This document shows positions 28,625-43,090 of a stretch of 64,000 nucleotides of DNA, piece by piece (within the stretch, counting starts at the first letter, position 1; each line of letters opens with the position of its first letter). Made by a program: the position numbers and the translations under genes. The stretch lies in NCBI RefSeq assembly GCF_009914755.1, contig NC_060932.1, one strand, 5' to 3'. Source of the DNA: the human T2T-CHM13v2.0 reference genome, Homo sapiens. The notes below the pieces were generated by a model, which was not told the origin of the DNA, made no database searches, and saw only the letters and a list, made by a program, of their open reading frames with translations.

Positions 28625-29864
28625 TCTATCTGGCATTTTGTAGTTGTGAAATGGCATTCTGTCATGCTCAGTATGCAAAACATATCTTTTATTTCCCTGG
28701 TCATTTGATGCATTTCCAGCCAGAGGTTTATATTTTTGTTTTCCTATTACAGTTTTAGCAATGCATTCTTTCCAGGTTATATTTAATGACTACAAAAGTG
28801 AGAGCTCATAAACCAACCTAAATAAACAAACAAATACACATTTTAAAAGTGGACTTATTCTTTTGAATTGTTTTTATTAAAAGAACATATTTTATCAATG
28901 CCGATATTCATGAGGCTGCCATATCATAAATTGAAAGGACAGCCAAGCCTATCAAGTCTGAAATATTCAAATTGCAGGGTAAAGAAAGAGGCTGCTATTA
29001 CATTTATTTTTTCTTGTGGACACAATGAATAAATTGATGTATCACAGAGTTAAACATGAATTTTTTTTGGTTCTAACGAAAGGAAGAAATAAAACACCTA
29101 TAATTTTGTGTAATAACCTTTGCTCTGACCCCACCATGAACTCTTTATCTTTACGATATTTTCTGTATTTGTGAGATCTACGCATGTGGCCGTGTAATTC
29201 TCTCACACTTAATACTGGCGCTTGCATCTACTAGAAGCTTTGGAATTTCAAAACGGTGTAATTTTTCTATGTAAATGTATAAATAGCAGTTATCTTATTT
29301 GTTTTTAATTAACCTCCTTATTTAGGTACAGATGTGATATAGCCTTGGGGAAAAACCAACTCAAATAATAAAGAAAATATGGAATAAAAAGCATGTATAT
29401 AGTTCCTTAATTCTTGATTTCCTTGCAAAAAAATATGACCAGTATTCTTCTGGGCTTTTCTTTTTTTTCCGTCAGTTAATACAAACAAACTTTACAGGAC
29501 TTTACAATCTATACTGTGACTTACATTTTAAATTCACCAATGCTTTCATGTCATCTCTCTGTATTGGGATGCCTACTGCTATTTTGTGTTTGAATATCTA
29601 CCTAGAACTCCTCCCTAAATAGTTTGCTATCAATGAACTTTAAGCTCTTTCCAGATTTTTTATATAATGAGCAAAGGTAACTTTGTTTTAGTTAATTTTT
29701 AAACCATTTACTTGGACCCAAGTTTAAAACTAAAAAGCATTCAGCTAGAGCACATACTATTTTCATTTATAAAGATTCAAAGCAGTAGACATCCCGTATC
29801 TAAAAGACATGCTTCAGCATTCCTTTTAATGAAAAAAATAGGGCTGTGTTATTTGCTTTCAATG

Positions 29865-29871
<7 letters not shown>

Positions 29872-29906
<35 letters not shown>

Positions 29907-30138
29907 GATAGACACTCACTCTGTTGCACCAGGCTGGAGTGCAATGGCACAATCTCAGCTCAGGGCAATCTCCACCTCCCACGTTCAAGTGCTTTTTGGC
30001 TAATTTTTTTTTATTTTTAGTAGAGACAGGGTTTCACCATCTTGGCTAGGCTGGTCTCGAACTCCCGTCCTCAAGCGATCTGCCAGCCTCAGCTTCCCAA
30101 AGTGGTAGGATTACAGGTATGAGCCACCACGCCCGGCC
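29872..30138 (-). mobile_element. AluS with (TAA)n tail and a right-arm internal deletion
   Basis: (tat)n tail, TSD aatgcattatt, and the ctcctgcctcagcc...ccacgccc segment is missing. Confidence 0.92.
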
Positions 30139-30539
30139 AAATGCATTATTTAATCTAATCTTAGTATAAATCCCTGCCAAACTGCCCCAGCAACTGTCAG
30201 TGAGGCACAGTGTGAAAGTTTAATGTAGGACTCAAGAACTGAGGCTTGGGGCTCAAGTCTTTGCTTTGTAGCTTAGCTCTGCGATGCCAGTCCTTTTTTT
30301 CCGAGAGCAAGTGAGTTGGAAAGGGGCAACAACTAGCATGTAAGAGTTATGCCTTACTAAATAGTTCTTAGAGGTTCTTCATGGCATCCTAAACTGACGA
30401 AAGACAACAGGCAGGGCATCTACATTGGTATAATTACTCAGGTAAGTGGTGATGACACTGTGAACTAGGGCTAAGGGAGTAGATATGTCAGATGATACTT
30501 ATCTGCAAGTTAACATAAATAGGACTTGGCAAATGCATT

Positions 30540-31268
30540 TGTCCATTTGCTCAGACTGAAACCTTGGATTCCAACTTGGCTCCTCTCCTTCTCACACTCA
30601 CCAGCAAATCCTCCAAACTCTGCCTTCAAGATATACCCAGAATTCTACCAAGATTCCCCAAAGATCCCACCTTGTCATGTCCAGCAGCTCTAACAGATGA
30701 AAATCATTTTCTAAGTGTTTTCCACACTACATCTCCAGTGATTCTTTCAGACCCAAGTCTGTGTAAAGCTCCCGAGTCACACCCCACATCCTCAGCGGCA
30801 AAAGTAGAAATCCTTCCCTGATACAGGATGCTCACCAGGCCTGGCTCCTGTGGCCTCTCTGAGCTCCATTCTTAGCCCTCATCCTCAGCCCACTTTGCTA
30901 TTCCACCCCAGCCTCTGCCCACGTGGGACGCACACATAGACTTTCCCGTTGCCATTGGCACTGCCTGGAGTGCCCGTCACCAAGAAGCTGACCAGCATGT
31001 CTTGCTCTCTTGCTTCCACTGGATCTCAGCTCAAACCCCACTCATCAGAACAAACTGTCCTGACCTCCCATATGTGCACAATCCCCTTTATTTTTCTACG
31101 GAATTTTTGCCACCATCCGGTATCACTGTCTGTGGTTATTTAGTTATTTACTATCTTCTCTGACTATGCAAGAGCTGGGGCTTTCCCTGATTGTCTCTGA
31201 TACATCGATAACTACTAACATTGTTCCAAGTGCACCATAGGGGCTCAGAGATATTTATGAAATAATTA
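30540..31268 (+). mobile_element. L2 3' region
   Basis: cagcaaatcctccaaactctgccttcaagatatacccagaattc ... gggctcagagatatttatgaaataa. Confidence 0.75.
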
Positions 31269-31440
31269 TGTGAGCCTGAGCAAGTTACTGGCCCTCCTGA
31301 ACTTCAGCTTCTTCTCTCTGAAATAACAATTCTAATTCCAGTCTTGCAGATGTGCACGATCATTTACGAAAGAGGCTATCCACAAACGCGCTGAGAAGTA
31401 ACTGGCTCATAGTAAGGGGCTGACAGGAATTCATTGTTAC
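31269..31440 (+). mobile_element. MIR 3' half
   Basis: gtgagcctgagcaagttact...ctgaacttcagcttcttctctctgaaataa...ctggctcatagtaagg. Confidence 0.7.
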
Positions 31441-31447
31441 TCAGGGT

Positions 31448-32157
<710 letters not shown>

Positions 32158-34084
32158 ATTATTAAAGGACTCCTCCTAAATAACAGATATTCAAGAAATA
32201 GGCATTTCTATTAGAAGTTTAATTCACAAAGATATATCTAACTATGCATAGGGTCGTGAAAAATGAGATGCTGGATATTTCAGGGAACTCCTGTCTTGAT
32301 ATTTCAGAAGCACTAGGTAACACTCACCTCAGTGTAGAAAGGAAAAAAGCTAGTCTCAAGGTGTGTTCAGTCCATTTGTCTACAAATGATTTCATCATTT
32401 GTCACCATTTTCATCTGATTCAATTAACTGACACATCATTCTACACATCTCCCAGAAAACTTCAGCTTCTGTTTTATTTTTATTTTTTCTGGAGCCCGCA
32501 CTTGACAAATGGGGTGACATTCACCCTAAGCCATGGTTATTATAAGCCACAGGAGATGATGGTGGGAGAGAGAATTCAGCCACCTCCACAACCACATTCC
32601 CTCACTGCCAAAAACATCCCCATTGGCAAATTTAAGTTTTTACAAAGGCACTTGGCACCACAGAATCAGTAGATTCTCCAGCTATTGTAGTAAAAGTATA
32701 TTGCAAGAGCTAATTTAGTTCCTGAGTGAAGCTACAGTTTTCTGTTGTGAGATCAGGAATTTTAACATTTTATTCACGTTAAGCACTGATGAGGTGAATG
32801 AAGAAAGGAACAGGGGTGCACGGTGCAGAAGCAAACCCCACAGGGCCAAGGAAAAAGAGCTTGTTTCTCGCCCTAGCTCTGTCACTGTTTTTGTGTGACC
32901 TTACATCAATTGCGTTGATTGGTTTAGGTTCTAGATTCATATCACATAAAACGTAGGCATGGACAGACGTTCTCCAATTCCAATATGCAATCAATGTCCT
33001 TTCACATATTAGGCATCTCGTGCTAACTAATCACACAAATATTAAAACAAAATTTATTTCATGTAAAAGTGTCATATGCAATTGGTGTGATATTAACACC
33101 AATTCTGAACACTGTAATAATGTAATTCTGATTTCATTCATAGGTGCGCGCACACACACACACGCATATATATATACACATATACATGCACACATCATTT
33201 TGAGAAGTGGCGCTTAAAGAGAAATTTGACATACTGTTAGCTTATTAGTTTACTCAGCACAGCTGTGCTGAAAATTGTTCAAAACTACAGCCGAGCATAC
33301 AGCTGAGTAAGCCAATTCCTTGCAGCAGCATATATTCTTTCTAGTTTAAGATCCCCTGCTAGGATTGGCAAGGATAGAACACAATTACATTTATCACCTG
33401 TCTCTCCAAAGACTGGTTCCTACCAAACCCAGAAACATTAATATTTCCTACCCCAGGTATCAATGTTTAGGTCGTTTATATTGTGGATAATACCATATAA
33501 TTGTTACTTTTAGATACAAAAGGTTACCAGGTGCTAGAAAGTGTTAAAGTACATAAATTAAGGAAAGCAATTTCAGCTGTGAAATTTACATTTATTTGAT
33601 GTGTGACCATTGTAAATACAGGATAGATCTTAATTTCTTAATAAAGGGTTCCCAGAATTACTGTATGTCTAGTTTTCTGTATCCCACCATCTAACACAGT
33701 GGTTGACATTGTACAGAACTGGAAATTTACAGAAGCTTATGGAACTTTGATTTAAAAATAAAAACAGTAAGACAATATATGTATTATCAATGGGAGACAT
33801 GAGAAAAAGGAAATCTGCCCTTACAAATCCTTGACTTATCTGTAATAATTGGCTTGGAAATTCAGGCAATTATATAGATATCTTCATTTTCCATTAGCCT
33901 GATATGATTGGTTTTATTACGTTTTACCTTAATTTGTGTCTTATATGAAATAAAGTTATTTGGGGCAGTCCTAAAAGATTGAAATATAACTCACTCCCCT
34001 TTTTTTAGAATATTGTTTTCTCCTTCAATTTTAACATTTCTGTGTTTGACATTACTTTTGTTCTCTCCTTCTGATCAGGACATA

Positions 34085-34400
34085 GTTCTCCTTCTGGTCG
34101 CTACGAGGAGTAAACATCCCATCCCTTTGATATTAGGCATAATCATGTAACTCACTTTAGCTAATACTTCCTGAGTGACACTGACTCGGGTCTTTGCTGG
34201 CTGGTTACCTTTAGTTGCCAATTTCAAACGCCCAGCCTGCCCACCGTCTGTCCCAGCAATCATGGAAACACATGTTATTATGTTATGTATCCATGAACCA
34301 TCCAACGCAAGGTGACTGCCTTGGAGGATCACCCAGACTATAGCTGATTTCAAGAAAAAAGTCTGGTTTATAGCTACGTTATAAACTAGCTGTGTCCTGC
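34085..34400 (+). mobile_element. old MaLR/ERVL LTR fragment (MLT1-like)
   Basis: atccctttgatattaggcataatcatgtaactcactttagctaat resembles the MLT1 motif ggccatgtgacttgctttggccaat. Confidence 0.45.
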
Positions 34401-36434
34401 AACCATAAAACATCTACCTCCTTTGGAAAAAGGGATTAGATACCTATTTGTGTTTAAGATTATGTAAAGCAAAACTAACCAGGATTGAATTATTGAGCTG
34501 TTCCCAGTACCATCTCCTCACATAAGCAATTTGGAGAGAATGGCTACCACAGAAAGGGTGGTGAGGCTCAGAAAGACATTTGCAAACATTTTAGCTTGTT
34601 AAGAGTTTTAAAATGCAGTATATTTTTAGGGGATTTTCAAAACTTCAAAGTTTATTGATTGTTATATGGAGATATGTACTTTAGAAATGTCCCTTGGACA
34701 TTAAGATGCTTATGTAAGAAATTCTTGTGTAACATGTATTAGTTATTAAAATTCAGGAAAAAATTTAAAACCACAATAATTTGAGAGATTCACATAGCTA
34801 CTAATAAATAAAATGCATATTGCTAACATTTCTTTGGTATATATTAAACAATAGCATGAATGCATTTATTAAAGCAATTTTCATTTGGAATCTTTCAATG
34901 TTTAATCACATTTCTGTTGCTTCTAGATAAATTGATTACAGCAATAGAGATAGCTTTGCTATAATTAAAACTGTAAACTTTGAATTTGCTCCCTTCATTT
35001 TATTTTGGGAAGACTTTTAAATATAACTTCTCTGGTTTTAAAAAAAAGTGAATTTTACATAAAATTGTCTTAAAAAGTAACATTTGGTACCAAGTAACTA
35101 CACACTTGACATATTTCTAGAAAAAAAAAAACACTCAAAGTCTGATTTCAGAAACTAGAATATCTACAGACAGAGTTTGTTCCTTCTGTGAGGTGAAGAC
35201 ACGAAGACTTCCAAAATCTTTCTGCCAGTTTGTCTTAAAGAGAAATAATATACTACCTCATTAAGGCCTATTTCAATTAAAATGAGATATAAATGAACGT
35301 ATTCACCTAGAAGCTAATAGAAAATAAAGCTTGTGACGTGTGCTCTTGTCTTAGAAATATGATACTGCAGGATTTTGGCAAATAGACCCAACAGGGTAGC
35401 AAGTTGACGTGTTTCTATGCACTTTCAGGACAAATTGGTAAAGGCTGCAGGAATGAATGACACAGTAAATGCCAGCAACACACCATGTGCTGGCACAGAA
35501 GTGATCAGCCTTAAGTACGATCCTTAAAATAATCCAAGCTTACACTGACTTAAAGGTAAATTTTTAAATATTCAATAGAGTTTTACCCCTTCCCTGTGCT
35601 CCCTGGTTCAAATTTTCAACTACAGGTCCTGTCGACGCCTCAAACATAGGAAAATGCAATATTAATTTTTACTATGGCTTAAAATTGCTGCCTAATAGTG
35701 AATTAAATTATTATAGGTACATAACATGTATCTAGCCAAAATGCAGGAATTGAAGATGGGATTATAAAAGAAACTTACAATAAACATTTCTCTTTGCTGA
35801 TGAGTTAAAAGATTTTCTTTTTAACTTCAAGGAATCAGGTAATCAATAGCACTTTCTTTTGCGGCTTGAAGTAATTAATCACCTTACATACTTGTATGGA
35901 TATGTTCTCTATCTGGTATATGTTTTTCTTTTTTACTTTTTTTTCTTTCTTCCCCTTCCTTTCTTCCTTGCTCCCTCCCTCTCTTCTTTCTTCTGAATCA
36001 TGTTTTCCCACTAAGTATGATATGACGGCACTAGTAAATTTTAGAAAAGCAACAGCAACATTCTCTCATAGGAGCACAACCTGTCCAGCTGTATAATCAT
36101 GCATTAATATGCCGTTTAAATATAGTATCCCCCATTTTGGTAAACTGTAAGTGCTGCTTCCTCCTCGCCATCTGACCTTATGGGGAAAAAAGTCATATTT
36201 TGGGTCTTTGTGTCAAGATAAAGAAAATTAATTTCAAAGCCAACAAGGAGAGAACTGTCAGTGCAGAAGGTAAGTAAATGCCAGCAGTTGCTCTGTGACT
36301 TCAAGACAGAGAGAAAAATACTTTTGAAAAGTAGCACTTTGATACATACAATACTGGAAGTTTTGCAACAAGCCTCTCCGGCACCAAGTGCAGACCCCAC
36401 AACCACAATGTACTTTCCGAATGCCTGTCAAATA

Positions 36435-36500
36435 AATGGATAGATGAAAGGAAGGAAGGAAGGAAAGATAAATGGATGGATGGAAGAATGGATGAATGCA
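36435..36500. repeat. (GGAA)/(GGAT) simple repeat at an L2-like tail
   Basis: aaataaatggatagatgaaaggaaggaaggaagg...atggatggatgg. Confidence 0.75.
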
Positions 36501-37399
36501 CAGATGGTGGTGAAAAGATATACTAACTTATAACTACAACTATCCTTATTGCTTTCTTCCTCTCTTCCTTCTAAAGGGACCTAGATGTGAGCCCGATACA
36601 TTTATTTTGATTAAAAATTTGTACTATAGATATTTACAAAGATACATTGAGGCAGAGAAGCATCATTTCAAGTAGGGTTTTCATTTGTTACATTTTTAAA
36701 TTTCATAATAGGCAGAATCACAATGTATTCATCTTTGCCCACACAGTCACTCTCACTCAACAGTTACTTACGTTTATGCTTTTTTTTTAAAAAAAAATGA
36801 AGGTTTTGATGATGAGATAAATGTGTTCTAGCATGAATGCAAAGAAGGTCTCCATGAACTGAGAACTTTGAGGCGGCAGCCGTGAGCACCAGGGAGAGAC
36901 CTTTGACAAGGAACTCCTGGCCCAGTGACTCTGAGAAGAGGCCAGGCTAACAAGAAACAGAAGAGGCTGCCTGAGCTCAGAAGCAAAGCTCCTCCAACAT
37001 TTTTATCCAGACATCCCCCAAGGCAGAAAAAAATAAATATTTCCCCACAGAATGCTTTGGGACCATCCAACATACAGTTGCCCATATCAACATCAACCTT
37101 GTTTTGCAGCCCTATGTATTAAATTCAAAATTATTTGTATAGATATGAAAATATTGTTTTATGAAGCCATCAAGAGTAATAATTCAGGAAGGCATTCTAT
37201 CATTTCATGTAGTTTTGCAAACCTCTAGCTTGTATTCACATAAACACTCCACTGAGTTATAGAAAATACAAAGAGCTTATCAGAGAGAGCTTCCGGGGCT
37301 TTGAGCTGACTTAAGTTGCTACTAGGAACGAGATGGAGACTGCAACATGGACAAAGAAAGGACACAGGCCCAATATAATGTCTACCTTTTTATTTTTCA

Positions 37400-37802
37400 C
37401 TTATCTACCTATCTATATATCATGTATTTATTGATCAATTATTGACCTATCATCTATGATCCATCTACTTATAATCTATAATCTATCAATCAGTTTTCAT
37501 CCATCTATATATCTATAAACTATCTATATCTATCTACCTACCTATACTATAGGTATCATCTATCAATCATCTATTATCTATAAACCTACCTATCATGTAT
37601 CAATCACCTATCATCCATCTATCAATCAATCAATCATCTAACTATACTACATCAATCATGTCTATCTGTATCTATCATCTACCTATAATGTATCAATCAG
37701 CAATCATCCATCAATCATCTATTTAAATCCATCTACCTGCCTATATCTATCATCTATCAATCGTCTGTCTATATTCATCATCTATCTATACATATCTATC
37801 TA
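37400..37802. repeat. degenerate (TCTA)/(TCAA)n tract of about 400 bp
   Basis: Continuous tatc/atca/atct units with very few G on the + strand. Confidence 0.9.
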
Positions 37803-37849
37803 GAACTTAAGGATTTCTATATACACACTTATGCAGATAAACTTAAAAT

Positions 37850-38312
37850 CCCATATCACAACAGGCCCCATGATCAGGATTCTGCCTTCATGCCTTATAG
37901 CTCACCACTTTCAATATGTGTATCAGTCACAGGTGAGGATTTTAAATTCCCCAGATGGGCCATGCTGTTTCACAGCTCTGCCTTCCCATATGTGGTCCCT
38001 GGATCCAGAGTTCTTCCTGCCCCACACCTTTCTTCTTCAGTTAGATATCCTGAACCTGAAATTGTTCCCCATGACTGAGCTCAGGCAGAGGTCTCATTAG
38101 GAAATGCCCCTGCGCCCTCTGGGTGGAGACATCGCCCTGTGTGTATCCTTACCTCCTGCACATGCACCTCAAAAGCCCTATTACTCTGTGTTGAAGTTAC
38201 CGGTTCATTTCTAATGCTTGCAGAAGACTAACAGTTACCAGAAATCAGAAACTAAGTCTTTCAGTGTGAATCCATTAAGCCATGTGTTTCATGAATGAAC
38301 GAATGAATGAAT
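37850..38312 (+). mobile_element. L2 3' region
   Basis: ggccccatgatcagg...catgctgtttcacagctctgccttccc...ends gaatgaacgaatgaatgaa. Confidence 0.65.
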
Positions 38313-39710
38313 ACAACTCTATAAGGTTATACACTTTTTTCTGAATTTCAATATTTTCAGCAAAAAGTCTATAAGCCTATTTTCATTTGCTCTCATTCTC
38401 CAAAATGTGGATTCACTCTCTCTGGATGATATCACCATTGTAACTAAAGAAACGAGTTTTACATATTTTTAGTTCTTGTTAGGATTGAGGAATGGCGTGC
38501 AGGCATTTTGATAGAAGAAAATAAAATCTGAGAAGTTCTTCTGTGATTAGAAAGAAAGACGAGGAATACAAGAATAGGAATTGCAACTTGAGAGAGTGCT
38601 CGGCCTGCTGTTTACCAAAAGCAGATTCAAACGTCTTCACATGAGAAGCAGAACTCATGCAATTTCTGGGCTGTCTTCCTCCCCAACAGGATGCTCCTGG
38701 ATGCCACGCTGCCGCTCAGAACAGTTAGTACTTACACTGCCTTTTCAGCAGCTTCATGGAAGAATCAGCAAAAACAGCCAGGAATAATAGGAACCCAAAG
38801 TGCAATGCATTAGGGAGTGAAGACTTAATCAAAGAAACAGCAAAGGGAAATTGAAATCATCATAGGCAAGGAGTGGAGGTAATTACAGTTATAAAAATGG
38901 TTTCTGTCCTGTTCCACATAATCTTTCTTGCTACATCTAGATCCTGAAAATCACATTAAGTTGAGAGGCAGAAATTATTATGCTTCCATATAATAAAGAT
39001 TAGTTAAAATGTGCCCACAGATATTATATCATCAGATAACAGATGTTTTATCTTTGAAATTTCAATTTTAAAATGTGTGCATGGGATTGTGAATAAACAA
39101 ACAGGGACAGGAAAAAACTGAAATAGTAAATCGGCCTGGTTAAGGTTTTTAGAGTGGGCAGCAGTATAATTTTTAAAATTGAAGATGTACTCAAATTGAT
39201 ATAAATAGAAAAAAATAGAAGGATATTTGTCCAGAACATCTTATTATTTCAAGACTTTAAAACTTTGCCCACCTTTTCCAATTACACTTCTATTTGATGG
39301 ATTGTACCTTCGGGAATAAATGTTTGGAGGTAGAAATTCATAAGCATTTTAAGTAGACCTACCTGTGAAACACTTTATTTGATATATTTGTCAACACTAA
39401 ATTACCTGGGGATGCATTTTAATTCAAGAGCTAGTTATGGACATTATTAACCATTGTCTATGACTAGTAAATATTTCACTGTAATTCATTAAACATCAAT
39501 GTTAATAGGCAGGACCTGATAAAACCCATATTGGAATTGTCTATATGTGTTGTCCCTAAAACACACTCAAATAAAATATATTAAATGGATTTTATAACAG
39601 CTTTGCTGCTAAATAAAAATAATACATAAAACACTATTATTTTGACTAGGTTTTTTGTTCAAATTATTATTTTCTCTTGTGTTTTATTTTCTTTAAATGA
39701 TATTTTTGTT

Positions 39711-40025
<315 letters not shown>

Positions 40026-40569
40026 TTATAAATATAAGGACAAATCTGGTGGTATAGTCCTATCTTCACTGGGGGATACCATATTCATGGACTCCAGAAG
40101 TTACTTTCCACTGTTTGTTTTTGTAAAATAGTGAAAGCACACCTGCTGGGACTTGATGTAGTGTATTCTTTACTGGGAAATATGACAGGTTGAAGAATTC
40201 ATATAAAAATAGTGTTTTTCTCTATGATGAGTAATACTAAGGCAAGGTATTTTCTTATGTGTTGGATGAAAAGAGATTTACAAAGCACAGAATGCTGACA
40301 AAAAAAACAATGGCTAGTAACTTACTGTACCAAATTCCTCTTTCTGTCAGCATGACAAAGAACAAAGATAGGAAAAGTCCCCTAAACACCTTGGCAGTGT
40401 CAGAGTATCTGACGGAGGCATCAAATAAAAGCACATGAATTATTTCACCTCATTTAAAATAGAGCAGTGGTTTCTTTAGGGGTATGAATGATTTCTTGAC
40501 TTTACGCCTGAGCAGAGTAAGATAAGTGTGATCTGATCTAGAGAGAAGTTTCTCACACAGTGGCGCGTG

Positions 40570-40592
40570 CACACACACACACACACACACAC
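40570..40592. repeat. (CA)n microsatellite
   Basis: Direct reading, about 11 units preceded by gcgcgtg. Confidence 0.9.
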
Positions 40593-41269
40593 AACTACAA
40601 AGTGTCAGAATTTTAATCACACAGGAAATCTACATTCGAAACTAAAAAATATATATTAACATTACAATTTTCACCTTGCTTGTTTTTCCTCTTTCCCAAA
40701 TGTCAGCTACCTACTTATCTAAATTTTGTTTTTATTAATTTTAATCTGTTTTCAACAGTAGTTTTATTGGCCTTTGTGACTCATCCTCCCTCATGCAATC
40801 TTTGTACTCAAAAATAGTTAGAATAATATTACATCAAAAAGTATTAATTTCCAAATGATTAAACTTTTATCCCTTTTAGTAGCAACAAAGAATATTAAGT
40901 TAATAATTAAAAATATCCATTGGTGCACTGACGTCAGAACATAATAGAGTTGGGGAAATATAGAAATAGTCAGAACTGTTGACTTTGAGCTACTAGTGAA
41001 GCTCTGGAGTGACTGGTACACTAGAAAATGGATTTCAATAATTTCCAAAACTCTATTTGTTGGACTTTGCAGAGTGGGAAATTTGACAGGAAAAGTTTAA
41101 CTGCAATGAGTTCATAAATGCAACATTTCAAAGATTCCAAAATGCTTCCCAATACAGCTGTCCTATAGTTATTACAAATATGACTCCATGCCTACTTCTC
41201 ATCAACAAGTGGCATATGCATACTCACTTGTTCTCTAGTAAAAAGACAAACATTTTCACAAATGGTTTG

Positions 41270-41570
41270 ACAAAAAACTGATCGATGGTATAGACACCTG
41301 GTGACTACCCAGACACTGTGCTGAGTATGACAGGGATATTCCCTGCCCTCACACAGTTGTCAGTCTTATCGGGAAAACGCATACTTGCATAAACATTTAT
41401 ACAAGCACACTTACATAAACACGTAGCTGTAATCAGTGCTTGAACTCCAGGATCGAGCCTCATGATAATGGGGTGGAAAGAAACAGATAATCTTCTCATG
41501 ATAAATTCGATCTGAAATCTGAGAATGGGAAGGTTAAAAAGTGTGTGGCCTGTGGGTCAAGAAGTGCAGG
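41270..41570 (-). mobile_element. L2 fragment, left of the L1 insertion
   Basis: ccagacactgtgctgag...ttccctgccctcacacagttgtcagtct. Confidence 0.6.
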
Positions 41571-41574
41571 GGAA

Positions 41575-41959
41575 TGCTTTTTTATATTTCATATTTTTGG
41601 CAAAAGGTGCCAAACATTATTGAAACAGGTGTAAGGTGATGTTGCTCAGTGGTTTTAATTTGCATTTTCCTGATGATTACTGATGTTGAAACTCTTTTCA
41701 TATACTTGTTAAACTTTTGTGTGTCTTCTTTGGAGAAATGTTTATTCTAGTCCTTTGTCCATGTTTAAATCAGGTTATTTGTTTTCTTTCTATTGAGTCA
41801 TAGGAATGTTTTCTACGTGTTGTACATTAACCCTGCATCAGATGCACAGTTTGCAAATAATTCTCCCCCCTCTGCGGGTTGCCTCTTTATTTTATTATTT
41901 CTTTTGTTGTGCAGAAGCTTTTTAGTTTGATGCCATTCATTTGTCTATTTTTGCTTCTT
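41575..41959 (-). mobile_element. L1MA ORF2-end segment, inverted part
   Basis: aacaggtgtaaggtgat...ggttttaatttgcattttcctgatgattactgatgttga...gtgcagaagctttttagtttgatg. Confidence 0.9.
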
Positions 41960-42736
41960 GGGGAAAAGAAAATCCACGTACACTGTTGGTGGGAATGTAA
42001 ATTAGTAAAGCAAATATGGAAAACTATATGGAGATTCCTCAAAAAACTAAAAATAGAACAACCATATGATGCAGCAATCCTACTGGGTATGCATCCAAAG
42101 GAGAAGTCCATATGTCGAGGCGGTATCTGCAAGCTCATGTCTCTAGCAGCACTATTCATTAATAGCCAAGCTATGGAAACAACCTCAGTGACCCTCAACA
42201 GGTGAATCGATAAAGAAACGTAATCTATATACCTAATGGAGTACTATTCAGCCTTTAAAAAGAAGACAGTCCTGTCATTTGTGACAATATGAATGAAACA
42301 GACATCACATTAAATGAAATGAGCCAGGCGCAGAAAGACAAATATCACATGATCTTGCTTACATGTAGAATCTAAAATAGTTGAACTCAATGAAGCCGAG
42401 AATAGAACGGCCATTAACAAGGGCTGGGGGTGGGTGGGAAGGAATTGGGAGATACTGGCCAAATGTTACAGAATTAAAATCAGAGGACAAGGAAAAATTT
42501 CAAGAGATCTATTGTACAGCACAGAGAGTACGTGTGGAGTATGCAGTGTACTGTCTACTTGAAAACTGTTAATAAAGTCGATTTTAAGTGTTCTCATCAC
42601 AAAAAAGAATTCACATATGATGTAGCATGGAAGTGAATAAGCTCCACTGAGCAATTCCACAATGTATACCTATTTCTATCAGGTTGTGTACCATAAATAT
42701 ATACACAATTTTTATTTGTCAATTAAAATAAAAATT
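41960..42736 (+). mobile_element. L1MA (MA5-10-like) 3' end, sense part
   Basis: tacactgttggtgggaatgtaaattag...gattttaagtgttctcatcac...ataaatatatacacaatttttatttgtcaattaaaataaaaa. Confidence 0.9.
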
Positions 42737-42789
42737 TATGAAAAGATTGGGAAAACTTGAAAAATCTTCAGAGTAGGGTTATTGGGAAG

Positions 42790-43090
42790 ATTGGGAAAAC
42801 TGAAAGATCCATGTGGCTGCACTCCCGTCAGAGAAGGCAAGAGCTGAGGTAGCAGAAGCATGCAGAAAAGTTGCATGTGAACTACCGTGGGCTGCTGAGG
42901 AGGTCTTGGCTCCCCCTGTGAGAGCAGGGAGGGGTCAGGGGAGTGTGGGAAGCAAGATATTGACTGACCTATTTCCTCTTTAAGAAGATCCTGGCCACCC
43001 TAGTCAAAGTGTATTTGAGAAGGACAAGAACAGAAATAGTGTGAGCAGTTAACAGTCCATTGAGTGGAAAAGGCAGAGTAAAATGATATG
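42790..43090 (-). mobile_element. L2 fragment, continuation right of the L1 insertion
   Basis: gaaagatccatgtggctg...tttaagaagatcctggcc, antisense L2 motifs. Confidence 0.55.

Noticed and set aside
32244-32672. 142-aa ORF in unique sequence
   Set aside because: No recognisable homology, composition typical of non-coding DNA, no supporting splice or promoter context
41879-42205. 108-aa ORF resembling the L1 ORF2 C-terminus (HCWWECKLV)
   Set aside because: Decayed L1 remnant spanning the inversion junction, not a host gene
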